A stretch of 64,000 nucleotides of DNA from Sphingomonadaceae bacterium (lineage in GTDB: Bacteria > Chloroflexota > UBA6077), in assembly GCA_050261575.1 (NCBI GenBank), contig JBLNDL010000070.1:1-64000 (forward strand), read 5' to 3'. The first letter of the stretch is position 1, and every line of letters begins with the position of its first letter. The notes beneath the pieces are model-generated. The model was not told the origin of the DNA. It searched no databases and saw nothing but the letters and a program-made list of their open reading frames with translations. The translations under genes and the position numbers were made by a program. Of this stretch, positions 47,142-56,623 are shown one piece after another.

Positions 47142-47156
47142 GCAAGGGGTATGCCA
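47142..47156 (-). promoter_or_regulatory. sigma54-type -24/-12 promoter motif
   Basis: TGGCAT-ACCCC-TTGC, 57 nt upstream of ATG 47085. Confidence 0.65.
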
Positions 47157-47270
47157 TAGACAAACAGAACCGATCCGCAGATTTCGCAGACCGCAGCAGA
47201 TGGGCGGCCGCCGGGTCGCCATCTGCGCGCATCCATGCGATTCTGCGGATCGGTTAGGGTTCCGACGACG

Positions 47271-48269
47271 TCAGCTCAGCTTCGCTCGTGCCTTCTTGAG
47301 CACCGCCGGATTCACGACCGAGTGAGGCATCTCCCCCTTGAGCACCCTTGCCACTTCCTCCGCCGCCATCCTGTGCAGATCGCGACTGGCACCGGGAGAG
47401 TAGAATGCAGCGTGGGGGGTGAGGATGACGTTGGGCAGCTTCAGCAAGGGGTCATCCGGCTCAGGAGGCTCCTTCTCCAGCACGTCCAGCGCCGCCCCCG
47501 CCAGCCGGCCCTCCATCAGCGCCTCGGCCAGCGCCTGCTGGTCGACGAGGCCTCCGCGGGCAGTGTTCACCAGGTGAGCGGTCGGCTTCATCAACCGTAT
47601 CCGGTCCGCGTTCAAGATGTGGCGGGTTTCGGCCAACAGCGGCAGGTGCATGGTCAGGAAGTCCGCGGACTTCAGCACTTCCTCCAAGTCCGCCTTCTGG
47701 AGTCCAGCCGCCGCCATAGCCTCGGCCGAGACGTACGGATCGTACACCATGATCTTGAAGCCGAAGGCGCTTGCGCGCTTGGCCACCGCACGCCCTATCC
47801 TGCCAAGGCCAATCATGCCGAGGGTCAACCCCTCCAGCCGCTGATTGCCCTTGCCGCCGGAGTAGACGTCCCACACGCCGCGTCTCACTTCGGAATCCAA
47901 CTGGAAGAGCGACCTGGCCTGGGCCAGCAGGAGCGCGATCGTGTGGTCAGCCACCTCCGCCACGCAGTAGTCCGGGACGTTGCAGACGATGATCCCGGCG
48001 TCCGTGGCGGCATCCACGTCGATGCAGTCGTACCCGACGCCGTAGCGGGCCATGACCAGACAGCGCTCCATGCCGGCGATCACTTTCCGGGTGATGGGCG
48101 CCCGCTCCACCAGCAGCCCGTCTGCATCGCGAACGATCTCCAGCAGCCCATCCTCTTCCCGACACTCGTGAATCTCCAGCCGGGCGTTCGCCTCTTCCAG
48201 CACCCTCTGTTCGATAACGGCATCGGCATCTGGGAACACGTGATCGGTCAAGACTACCCGAAAGGTCAT
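47271..48269 (-). CDS. D-2-hydroxyacid dehydrogenase (CtBP-like)
   Basis: RYGVGYD, NVPDYC..EVADH, GLGRIG, NTARG, DV...EP, TPHAAFYS; start overlaps the aldolase stop (ATGA). Confidence 0.92.
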   Translation of the reverse strand: MTFRVVLTDHVFPDADAVIEQRVLEEANARLEIHECREEDGLLEIVRDADGLLVERAPITRKVIAGMERCLVMARYGVGYDCIDVDAATDAGIIVCNVPDYCVAEVADHTIALLLAQARSLFQLDSEVRRGVWDVYSGGKGNQRLEGLTLGMIGLGRIGRAVAKRASAFGFKIMVYDPYVSAEAMAAAGLQKADLEEVLKSADFLTMHLPLLAETRHILNADRIRLMKPTAHLVNTARGGLVDQQALAEALMEGRLAGAALDVLEKEPPEPDDPLLKLPNVILTPHAAFYSPGASRDLHRMAAEEVARVLKGEMPHSVVNPAVLKKARAKLS

Positions 48270-49066
48270 GCCTCCTCCTCGTTGCCCTCCGCCTTGCGAC
48301 CGGTAGCCGGCACCTTCAACCGTGCGAGCAGGTCGCTGAAGGCGTGGAAGATGATGTTCGCGTCGACACCGAACGCCACGAATTGGGCCCCTTCTCCCAT
48401 CCAGAAGCGGGCGCGTTCCACGTCGTTGGCAAAGAGGCCCGCCACCTTCCCCTGGCCGCGCGCCAGCGCCAGCATCTCCCGGATCTTGGCGATGACCCGC
48501 GGGTGGTCGATCTGCCCGGGAAGACCCAGGGAGTGGGAGAGGTCCACAGGTCCGAAGAATACGGCGTCCACGTTTTCCAGCCCGACGATCTCGTCGATGG
48601 CCGCTGCGCCGCCGGCGCCCTCGACCATCAGGATCAGCATGGTCTCCTCGTTCGCCCGCCGGTAGTAGTCCAGACCACCCCGGCCGTGGTAATCGCCAGC
48701 TCGGGTGAATGGATTGGCCCCTCGGTGTCCTCTGGGGGCGTACTTCGCCGCGTCTGCGGCCTTGCGGGCGGATTCCAGGGAGTCGATCTGCGGCACCACC
48801 ACCGCCTCGGCGCCCACGTCCAGTGCTTTGTTGATCAGCCAGTCCTCGTTGGCTGGAACCCGCACGACCGTGTGCAAACCGGAAGCCTTGCATGCCCTGG
48901 CCAGGTCCGCCACCGACTCGTTGCCGAACGGGGCGTGCTCGCAATCGATCAGGGCAAAGTCCCAGCCCGCGTGGCCAATCAGTTCCACCAGGTCCGGACT
49001 ATCGATGGAGATGAATGGACCGACTAGGGTCTCGCCACGGGCCAAACGTTGTCTGAAGGTAGCCAA
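48266..49066 (-). CDS. HpcH/HpaI aldolase family protein
   Basis: G.DFA.ID.EH, VRVP, LD.GA, KY.P.G.RG, M.E, FFGP.DLS; TTG start with GGGAGG. Confidence 0.9.
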   Translation of the reverse strand: MATFRQRLARGETLVGPFISIDSPDLVELIGHAGWDFALIDCEHAPFGNESVADLARACKASGLHTVVRVPANEDWLINKALDVGAEAVVVPQIDSLESARKAADAAKYAPRGHRGANPFTRAGDYHGRGGLDYYRRANEETMLILMVEGAGGAAAIDEIVGLENVDAVFFGPVDLSHSLGLPGQIDHPRVIAKIREMLALARGQGKVAGLFANDVERARFWMGEGAQFVAFGVDANIIFHAFSDLLARLKVPATGRKAEGNEEEA

Positions 49067-49320
49067 CCGGGGTGCCTCCCGCGCTAACAGGTAAGGGCCA
49101 TGGACTGAGCGCGATGGGCCGTCCACAAGAGGCCACGGGAGCCCATCGCGAGGTCAAGAGGACGCCACGCGCATTCTACCACGGGCCAAGCGGGTTTGGC
49201 ACAGAGGATGTCGAGGGCAAGCGGGGGGTGTCGGTCCGCGAGGCCACAAGGATCTCCATGCGCACCGACGGCAAAGGCAGATTGGGGTTCGAAGACCGCC
49301 TCCGGAGCGGCGACAAAGGA

Positions 49321-49356
49321 TACGGCTCGGTGCCAGCGCGCTGGCACCGAGCCGTA
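49321..49356. terminator. Perfect 36-bp palindrome
   Basis: TACGGCTCGGTGCCAGCG-CGCTGGCACCGAGCCGTA, 12 nt after the stop at 49369; TCCTTTG follows on the minus strand. Confidence 0.5.
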
Positions 49357-49368
49357 CACTCACGCAGA

Positions 49369-49995
49369 CTAGCCGCGGGCCATCGCGGCCACAAGCTCCG
49401 CAGCCCTGGCGACGTTGAAGATGCCGCAGGTGCACTGGCGGCCCAGCTTCTTTCCCGCCTCCTCGGCGGTGATCTTGCCGGCCTTCACCTGCTCCGCCAT
49501 GTGGCGAACCAGCGCGCCAGGAACCTGGGCGTGACCGCACATGGTCATCACCTCCAGCTCTTCCATGGGCGCCAGCTTCTCGGTTCGGCCCCAAGTGCCC
49601 AGGGAGAACTCGATGGTGTGAGGAGTCCCGATGCCCGACTTCCGGCAGCACTCCTCCACCTTGTCGAACAGCCCGCTCACCACCACGGAGCGGTCGAAGC
49701 CGGCGTCGATCAGATCCTTGATCACGGCCGCCACCGACTCCGCATCCCGGAACACAGCGTGGCCAATCGTCTTGTCGTCCGAGTCCTCCAGCATCGCCTT
49801 GATACCCAAGGTCAACTCGTTGCCCTTGGCAGCGTCCCCCACGAAGGTGGGGTTGTGCTTCATCACGATCTCGTAGAACTTCTTCATCTTCTCGCCGGTG
49901 CCGGGGGCGTTCACCCCCTTGGCCGCCATGGTCGTGAAGATGTAGTCCTTCGCCAGACTCTCTATCGTGCCCCTGCGATGATTGGTGTGGGTCAT
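49369..49995 (-). CDS. Hypothetical protein with Cys motifs (partner of the FeS protein)
   Basis: GGAGGA RBS; MTHTNHRRG start, SVVVSGL, CC, TMCGH, CTCGIFN. Confidence 0.75.
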   Translation of the reverse strand: MTHTNHRRGTIESLAKDYIFTTMAAKGVNAPGTGEKMKKFYEIVMKHNPTFVGDAAKGNELTLGIKAMLEDSDDKTIGHAVFRDAESVAAVIKDLIDAGFDRSVVVSGLFDKVEECCRKSGIGTPHTIEFSLGTWGRTEKLAPMEELEVMTMCGHAQVPGALVRHMAEQVKAGKITAEEAGKKLGRQCTCGIFNVARAAELVAAMARG

Positions 49996-50007
49996 CTTCG
50001 TTTCCTC

Positions 50008-50727
50008 CTACCGTCCCTGAAGGTGGGTAACCAAGCCGATGTTGACCTTGCCGTTGGGACGCAGCTCGAAGCCGGCATCCTCCACCATCTTTCGGATGGG
50101 CACAGAGCCGTCTGCCTCGTAGCGCACCGCCAGGTCGATGCTGAAGACAGTGTCGACCTTCGGAGCGACCTCCTTCAGCGTCGTCAACACGTCCACCACC
50201 TTGGACTGGGGCACGATGAACTCGATTATGGCCGAGAGCACCTTCTCCTGCAGCACCTCGTCCTGCATCTTGCCGGTGGCCTTGTCCGTCATCAGGAAGG
50301 TGACGGGGTTCGCAGGCTCGTGCTCCACACCGATCTTGGAGAGCGCCATCGCGATCTTCTCTACCTCGGAGAGCCGCGTTCCGACGCTGGGACGCCCCAC
50401 CTCGACCGCCATCCCGGCGAAGCCAGGCTTCACCCGATCGGTGACGTCGTTCGTCTTGATCTCCTCGGTGCCTCGACCGGGGATACCAGTCTTGGGGTGG
50501 ACACCGAGGGGATCGCTGAACTGGCTCCGCAACACCCTGGGCCACTCCATGGGCTGCATGTAGAAGGCGTCGGTGGGACATACCCCCGCCCGCAGGCAGG
50601 CCCCGCACTCCACACACTCGTCCAGATCGACGCGGGACACACCATCGTCGCCGAGGGCAATGGCACCCACAGTGCAGTAGGGCACGCACTCCCCGCAGCC
50701 GCTGCAGGCCTGTTCGTCAATCAGCAT
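50008..50727 (-). CDS. 2x[4Fe-4S] ferredoxin-domain protein with uncharacterised C-terminal domain
   Basis: CSGCGECVPYC and CVECGAC....VCP; GRGTEE.KTNDVT motif; GGAGGAG RBS. Confidence 0.85.
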   Translation of the reverse strand: MLIDEQACSGCGECVPYCTVGAIALGDDGVSRVDLDECVECGACLRAGVCPTDAFYMQPMEWPRVLRSQFSDPLGVHPKTGIPGRGTEEIKTNDVTDRVKPGFAGMAVEVGRPSVGTRLSEVEKIAMALSKIGVEHEPANPVTFLMTDKATGKMQDEVLQEKVLSAIIEFIVPQSKVVDVLTTLKEVAPKVDTVFSIDLAVRYEADGSVPIRKMVEDAGFELRPNGKVNIGLVTHLQGR

Positions 50728-50923
50728 TGCGCAACTCCTCCGTCGTTCGTCGGTATCTTCCCAGATCGACCGCTAACCCTCTCGCGCGGCCGCGTCTCCA
50801 CACCCCACCTCGCCGTGGCAGTAATGGGAAGTGCCGTGAGGGCTATCGGCTTTCGATTGTAGCGAACAGCTTTGTGGTGGGCAATCGCGCGGTGTGACTA
50901 ATACTTACCTAAGTCCGGTTGCA

Positions 50924-50952
50924 TTGACATCAACCAAAAGGAAGCATACACT
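50924..50952 (+). promoter_or_regulatory. sigma70-type promoter
   Basis: TTGACA-N17-TACACT upstream of the MerR-like gene. Confidence 0.7.
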
Positions 50953-51042
50953 TCGGCCAGCTTCCCAGCTCTACCGGCGCTTCTAGCGACCACTCGCGAC
51001 CGACTCCCCGAAGCGCCCTCCCAAGACACCCACGGAGGCTCC

Positions 51043-51558
51043 ATGCTATATCGTCCTCAAGACATTGCGGCGAAACTGGGGATAGCGCCATCTACGCTGC
51101 GGCTGTGGAGCGCCCGCTTCGCGGGCCAACTCAGCGACGCCGCAAGGAAGAGCCCCAACGGGCTGGCCATGCCCGCGGCCCAACGCCGCTACACCGACGA
51201 TGACCTGGAGGTCCTGCTCAAGGTCAAGTCGCTGCTCGGCCAGGGGCACACGTACCAGGAGGTCGAACACCGTCTGCGGGCCCTGCCGCCGCCCACGAGT
51301 GGGCGACCGTCGGTCGATGCCCCGCTGCCCGCCGAAGCCTCGCACGAGACCTCCACATCGGAGTACACCCAGCTTCAGGAGGCGCTGAAGGCAAGGGACA
51401 AGACCATCGCCGCCCTCAAGGAGTCGCTGCAGTTCATGGATGCCTATCTACAGGCGGCCCGCATGGAGCGGGAGGAGGCTCGAGAGCGGGCACGGAAGCT
51501 GGAGAAGGAGTTGGAGGAGATTCGCGCCCAGGCCGAGGCTCGCCTTCGGCGGACCTGA
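51043..51558 (+). CDS. MerR-type HTH protein with C-terminal coiled coil
   Basis: IA.KLGI.PSTLR.W...F, RRYT..DL..L motif; heptad-rich E/K/R tail; GGAGG RBS. Confidence 0.8.
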   Translation: MLYRPQDIAAKLGIAPSTLRLWSARFAGQLSDAARKSPNGLAMPAAQRRYTDDDLEVLLKVKSLLGQGHTYQEVEHRLRALPPPTSGRPSVDAPLPAEASHETSTSEYTQLQEALKARDKTIAALKESLQFMDAYLQAARMEREEARERARKLEKELEEIRAQAEARLRRT

Positions 51559-51618
51559 TATTGGTCCGCCCCTACCGGGTACCGGCCCCACCGCAGGGGC
51601 AGGCCTGGGTGTCCGCCC
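51548..51618. repeat. GTAG-type REP doublet overlapping the MerR-gene stop
   Basis: GGCGGACC-TGATATT-GGTCCGCC-CCTAC, then GCAGGGGCAGGCC...GTCCGCCC. Confidence 0.55.
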
Positions 51619-51726
51619 AGCCCCGATGCGGGTGCAGAGAGCACGCACAGCGTGACGCGCGTGCGCGAGGCGAGCGAGCACAGCCTCGTGGGCGCCCCTG
51701 CCCCACACGAGGAACGGCGCAGTTGC

Positions 51727-52134
51727 TTAGCACGGCAGATGGTTCGCAGCGCGCAGGTAGTCCTGCTCGTTGCCTTCTATCATCAGCTTGTGCACCACGA
51801 CCGATTCCCGCTCAGGAATGGGTGTGGTCGAGTAGACGCACAGTCTAGCTATACACCGTCCACTCTCCAGCACCGCTACCGTCCCGGGCCCCGAGGGGAT
51901 ACGGTACACCCGCTGGGGATAGCTCGGGCTCACCACGTCCAGGAAGCCGTCTCGGCGCAATCGCTCGTACTCGTCGTCGGTCAGCACCGACCGCACGACC
52001 TGTTCTGCCCTCTCTTCCGCTTCTCGCCACGACTTGCTGATCCAGGGCATCGCGCTGTAGGCGATCATCGCCAGCAGCACCAGCGCCGGCAGAAGCAGCA
52101 GGAACAGGATCACCAGATCCATGGGCGTCGGCAC
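51727..52134 (-). CDS. Hypothetical protein with N-terminal TM helix
   Basis: GGGGAG RBS; RA..VVRSVL...EY, YRIP, LC, KLMIE..E..YLR.AN; co-oriented downstream of GT9. Confidence 0.65.
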   Translation of the reverse strand: MPTPMDLVILFLLLLPALVLLAMIAYSAMPWISKSWREAEERAEQVVRSVLTDDEYERLRRDGFLDVVSPSYPQRVYRIPSGPGTVAVLESGRCIARLCVYSTTPIPERESVVVHKLMIEGNEQDYLRAANHLPC

Positions 52135-52176
52135 GGCGATCTCCCCGCGCCGCGCGACCTCGCCCGCGGCGCGATT

Positions 52177-53280
52177 TCAATCCTCTTCGATCTCGTGACC
52201 GAGATGGCGAAGCGACGCAATCCCCGTGCCCGGCCGGAGGGAGTCCACCGCCGCCAGCACCTCCTGCACCGATATCATGGTCGTGCAGCCGGTGGTAGGA
52301 AGGGTGGGGCAACGGTCCTCTCGGTTCTTGAAGGCCCGCCAGCACTGTCTGCACGAGTCCGGCTTGGGGAAACGGGAGACCAGCGCCCTGCCGCGAGACC
52401 GATCGTATGGGCCTATGAGGTCGGGGTTGGAGGCTCCGAACAGCCCCACCCACGGGACCCCCAGCGCTGAGGCCATGTGAAGCGGACCGGTGTCGATGCC
52501 GATCACGACCCCGCTTCGCGCCAGCAGCGCGGCCACCTGCCTAATGCTTGCACGTGGCCACAAAGGCTTGGAGCCGCAGGCAGCGCGAACATCGCGCGCG
52601 TGGAGGTGATCTTGGGGCGCGATCAGCATCGTCGCCCACCCCGTCTCGGCCAGCCTATCGTTCAACTCTGCCCACTTTCGAGCGCTCCACCACTTCAAGG
52701 AGTTGGAGGCGGACACCACCAACGACGCGACCGGAGTCTCCGGGGACAGGCTCTTCCTGTGGTACTCCGCCGCCCACTCCTCTGCCTCTGGAAAGAGACG
52801 AACACGGGGTGTCCGGTCGGACGGCGGGATCGACGTGCCCAGCTCCGCCTCCAGGTGATCGGCGAGAAGGTCCACGGTATGCCGAACCCCCCGACGGAGG
52901 GGCCACTCCGGAGTCCACCATTCGTCGAACGGGGTCTGGCTTTCCCACACCCAGAACAGGTTGATCACTCGCTGGAATGGGCCGAGGTCCAGGGCGAAAG
53001 CCGGCTCTGCGGCCCAGGCGATGAGACGTCGCGGGATCAGTCGATCCAGGGGGCGCAGTGGAGTAGGCGTCTCGCTGACGAAGTAGGGGGGGCTCACAAC
53101 CTCGTAGTCACCATCGGGCAGCAGATCCGATGCGTACTCCCGACCGATCAGAGTGACCCTCCATTCGGGCAGGTGGGTGCACACCGCCCGAAGCAAGGGC
53201 TCCATCATCACGACGTCGCCGATTCCGGGGGCGAAAGGTATGAGGAGGAGGCGACCCTCTCCGTCGCCGCATCGCTTCAT
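52177..53280 (-). CDS. Glycosyltransferase family 9 (heptosyltransferase-like)
   Basis: GIGDVVM..P, K.W...W, IDTGPLHMASALG.P.VGLFG; C-terminal Cys cluster. Confidence 0.85.
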   Translation of the reverse strand: MKRCGDGEGRLLLIPFAPGIGDVVMMEPLLRAVCTHLPEWRVTLIGREYASDLLPDGDYEVVSPPYFVSETPTPLRPLDRLIPRRLIAWAAEPAFALDLGPFQRVINLFWVWESQTPFDEWWTPEWPLRRGVRHTVDLLADHLEAELGTSIPPSDRTPRVRLFPEAEEWAAEYHRKSLSPETPVASLVVSASNSLKWWSARKWAELNDRLAETGWATMLIAPQDHLHARDVRAACGSKPLWPRASIRQVAALLARSGVVIGIDTGPLHMASALGVPWVGLFGASNPDLIGPYDRSRGRALVSRFPKPDSCRQCWRAFKNREDRCPTLPTTGCTTMISVQEVLAAVDSLRPGTGIASLRHLGHEIEED

Positions 53281-53323
53281 CGGCTTCTCACCGCCACTGT
53301 AGGGCTCTTCACTGTCGCATCAG

Positions 53324-53374
53324 GCAAGGGACGTGCCGGTGAGTGGATCCGCCACCATCTGGCATGGTTGTTGC
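53324..53374. promoter_or_regulatory. Back-to-back sigma54-type promoter motifs
   Basis: Minus: CGGCAC-GTCCC-TTGC (53324-53338) toward GT9; plus: TGGCAT-GGTTG-TTGC (53360-53374) toward GH38. Confidence 0.6.
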
Positions 53375-53424
53375 CCCCGTCCGCCAACGAGTGAGAGCCG
53401 CACCCGACGAAGGAGCCTCCCGAC

Positions 53425-56400
53425 GTGTTTCGTCAACAGCGCGCCCCGGAGCGCCAGTGGAAGCTGATCCTGGTATCTCACACCCACTGGGACAGAGAGT
53501 GGTACCTCCCATTCCAGCGATTCAGGGCCTTGCTGGTGCAGGCCGTGGACAGCCTGCTGGAGATCATGGCCTCCAACCCCGACTATCGATACTTCACACT
53601 GGACGGCCAGACCATCATCCTGGAGGACTACCTGGAGGTCCGGCCGGACCGGGAGCCGCTGCTTCGGGGGCTAGTGGCGGAGGGTCGTATCCAGATCGGC
53701 CCCTGGTACGTCATGCCCGACGAGTTCCTGGTGAGCGCCGAGTCGCTGGTGCGAAACCTCCTTGAGGGGCGAAGAGTCGCCTCTCGCTTCGGCCCAGTCA
53801 TGAAGATCGGCTACATGCCCGACCCGTTCGGCCATATCGCGCAGATGCCACAGATCCTGCGAGGCTTCGGCATCGACTCCGCGGTGCTCTGGCGAGGTGT
53901 GGGCAGCGAACTCAGCCACACAGAGGCCCTGTGGGAGGCGCCGGACGGCAGCAGGGTGCTGCTGCTCCACATGCCGAAGGGCTACGCAAACGCCGCGGTT
54001 CTCCCCACAGCGTCCGACGCCCTGATGGAGCGGCTTTCCCACATCCGCGCCGAACTGGAGCCGGCAGCCACCACCCCCTACCTGCTGCTGATGAACGGGG
54101 ACGATCACATGTTCCCTCAACGTGAGATACCGGAGATCGTCCGAGAGGCCAACCGCCGCCTGCGTGACGCGCAACTGATCCACGGGACGCTCCCTATGCT
54201 GATCCAAGGGGTACGAGAGTGGGCCGAGGCAGAGATGCCGAACTGGGTAACCCTCAAAGGGGAACTCCGATCCTCCGAGCGCGCCCATCTGCTGGCAGGG
54301 GTGCTCTCGTCCCGCATGCACGTCAAGCAGCGCAACGATCGTGCGCAAGTCTTGCTGGAGAGGTGGGCGGAGCCCTTCAGCAGCTTTGCCTCCATCCTGG
54401 CACCCTCCCCCTGGCCATCGGGCAGCACCGCTACCGAGGTGATAGCGCCGGACACACAGGCCCTCCTGAGGCTGGCGTGGCGTTACCTCCTGATGAACCA
54501 CCCCCACGACTCCATCTGCGGCTGCAGCGTCGATCATGTGCACCGGGAGATGGAGGTCCGCTACGACTGGTGCGAGCAGGTCGCCGGCCCCATCGTTACC
54601 AGTGCGCTGGAGTCACTCGCTGGAGCCGTCGACACCAAGACACTGCTGCACCCCGCCCGCGCGAAGGGAGCACTCGTGGTCTTCAACTCCGAGTCAGGGC
54701 CGAGAACCGACTTCGTGGAGGCCACCGTTCAGCTTCCGTCGGAGGCCGAGGAATCGGCCCTCGTGACCTCCGAGGGGCAGCGGGTCCCCTACCAGGTGCT
54801 CAGGGAGCGGCACACCACGCTGGCAACCGCCACCCTTCGGCGAGCCGAGCTTCTGGGCTATCTTCGGCTGGCCGGCCCGGGTCGCGACTGGCCGAAGTGG
54901 AAGTTGCAGCTCATGGAGAAGATCGTGCGGGCCGCGTTACGGGAGAGGATGCCCGACCTGGTGGTCACCAACATGGACGTGGTGCCTGGGGCAGACCCAT
55001 CCACGGTCGAGGTCGACGTGGAGGCTGCAGCGGGGACCCGGCACGATTACGCCGCCATCTCTGCGGGTATGCGCCAACTGACGAGCCTGGTGGATCGAGG
55101 TGACGCACAGTACTTCCGCTTCCGGGTCCGTCGCCGCGACCTGGTGGAGATCGGCTTCGTCGCCCCCGCGGTACCCGCCCACGGCTACAGCACCTTCCAC
55201 TTCGAGGTCACCCGCCTCACCCAGGCCCCGCCCGTCCACGGCCACGAGGTCGTGACACTGGAGAACGAGTCCCTCTCGCTGCAGGTGAGCCGTGAGGATG
55301 GGTCCATCCACCTGATCGATCGGGAGACGGGATCGATCTACTGGGGATTGAACTCCTTCGTCGATGGCGGGGATGCCGGCGACGAGTACACCCACTCCCC
55401 GCCGGCCCGGGATCGACTGGTCGAAGGCCCGGCGGTTCCGCCTACGGTTACGCTGGAGGAGAGCGGCCCCGCGAGGCAGAGGATTCGCGTGGACATGGTG
55501 CTGCGGCTGCCGGCGGGACTCACGGACGATCGCCAGGCAAGGTCAGAGGAAACGGTGGATTGCCCCGTCACCAGTTGGCTCTCCCTCTATCCGGACGTCC
55601 CTAGAGTGGACGTGCACACCGTTATCACCAACCGGGCGCGCGACCACCGATTGAGGGTCCACTTCCCCACGCGCCTGAGCACGCAGCATTCCCACGCCGA
55701 AGGTCACTTCGACGTGATCCGGAGGCCGGTCTCCATCACGAGTCCAGCCCAGGAGTGGATAGAGCATCCGGTGACCAGCTACCCGCAACTCACCTTCGTG
55801 GACATCAGCGACGGTGAGTCGGGCCTTCTGATCGCCAACCGAGGCCTGCCCGAGTACGATGTCGCCCTCTTGGAAGGTGGCCCATGCATCGCCCTGACCC
55901 TGCTCCGGTGCGTCGGCTGGCTCTCTCGGGACGACCTGGCCACACGACGGGGAGCGGCCGGTCCGTCGGTCGCCACTCCGGAGGCACAGATGATCGGCAC
56001 CCACACGTTCGACTACTCCATCGTCCCCCATGCGGGGGGCTGGGAGCAGGCGATAAGGCAAGCCCACTGGTTTGCCAGGCCAATGCGGTCACACTGGACC
56101 GGAAGGCACTCCGGAACGTTTGGCGGCGCGGGAAGCTTCGTCGATCTCTCCCCCCGCTCCCTGCTGCTGTCGGCCGTGAAGCTGGCCGAGGACGGAAGCG
56201 GCGACCTGATCATTCGCCTCTACAACCCCACGGAGAAGCCGGTCGAGGGAAGCTTGAGCACACTGTTTCCGTTGGCGTCGGCGGAGCTATCCAATCTAGG
56301 TGAAGATCCCGGCGAGGACGTTCCGCTCGACGAGCGGGCACTGCGCTTTCCAGTGGCCGCGCACCAGATCGTCACGCTGAGGCTCACACCAGCCAGGTGA
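53425..56400 (+). CDS. Glycoside hydrolase family 38 alpha-mannosidase (MngB-like)
   Basis: SHTHWDREWY, LDGQ, GPWY..PDE, PD.FGH, NG.DH, HDSICGCS, GDEY, TLLR.VG.LSR.DL. Confidence 0.93.
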   Translation: MFRQQRAPERQWKLILVSHTHWDREWYLPFQRFRALLVQAVDSLLEIMASNPDYRYFTLDGQTIILEDYLEVRPDREPLLRGLVAEGRIQIGPWYVMPDEFLVSAESLVRNLLEGRRVASRFGPVMKIGYMPDPFGHIAQMPQILRGFGIDSAVLWRGVGSELSHTEALWEAPDGSRVLLLHMPKGYANAAVLPTASDALMERLSHIRAELEPAATTPYLLLMNGDDHMFPQREIPEIVREANRRLRDAQLIHGTLPMLIQGVREWAEAEMPNWVTLKGELRSSERAHLLAGVLSSRMHVKQRNDRAQVLLERWAEPFSSFASILAPSPWPSGSTATEVIAPDTQALLRLAWRYLLMNHPHDSICGCSVDHVHREMEVRYDWCEQVAGPIVTSALESLAGAVDTKTLLHPARAKGALVVFNSESGPRTDFVEATVQLPSEAEESALVTSEGQRVPYQVLRERHTTLATATLRRAELLGYLRLAGPGRDWPKWKLQLMEKIVRAALRERMPDLVVTNMDVVPGADPSTVEVDVEAAAGTRHDYAAISAGMRQLTSLVDRGDAQYFRFRVRRRDLVEIGFVAPAVPAHGYSTFHFEVTRLTQAPPVHGHEVVTLENESLSLQVSREDGSIHLIDRETGSIYWGLNSFVDGGDAGDEYTHSPPARDRLVEGPAVPPTVTLEESGPARQRIRVDMVLRLPAGLTDDRQARSEETVDCPVTSWLSLYPDVPRVDVHTVITNRARDHRLRVHFPTRLSTQHSHAEGHFDVIRRPVSITSPAQEWIEHPVTSYPQLTFVDISDGESGLLIANRGLPEYDVALLEGGPCIALTLLRCVGWLSRDDLATRRGAAGPSVATPEAQMIGTHTFDYSIVPHAGGWEQAIRQAHWFARPMRSHWTGRHSGTFGGAGSFVDLSPRSLLLSAVKLAEDGSGDLIIRLYNPTEKPVEGSLSTLFPLASAELSNLGEDPGEDVPLDERALRFPVAAHQIVTLRLTPAR

Positions 56401-56571
56401 AGGCACCTCTCAGTCCGCCTCCGGCCCGCTCAGCTATGGCCTCCTGCGCCTGCCCGTAGAAACGATTCGACGCCATCGCATCCGAGGCGTTCGTTGCCGC
56501 GACCTAAGGCTACCGAAGTTGCCATAGCGATGCGGACGGCCCTGGCCGAATGGCCACCGCCCGCCCGCCCA

Positions 56572-56594
56572 AGGGCGGGTCTTGGACCCGCCCT
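56572..56594. terminator. Hairpin between convergent GH38 and DUF2795 genes
   Basis: AGGGCGGGTC-TTG-GACCCGCCCT. Confidence 0.45.
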
Positions 56595-56623
56595 CCAAGT
56601 CTCACGATCACGTCGATTGGGCC

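Noticed and set aside
47271..48944. 557-aa aldolase-dehydrogenase fusion or frameshift
   Set aside because: The N-terminal extension is an off-frame read of the aldolase; an ATGA overlap at 48266-48269 with an RBS explains two genes.
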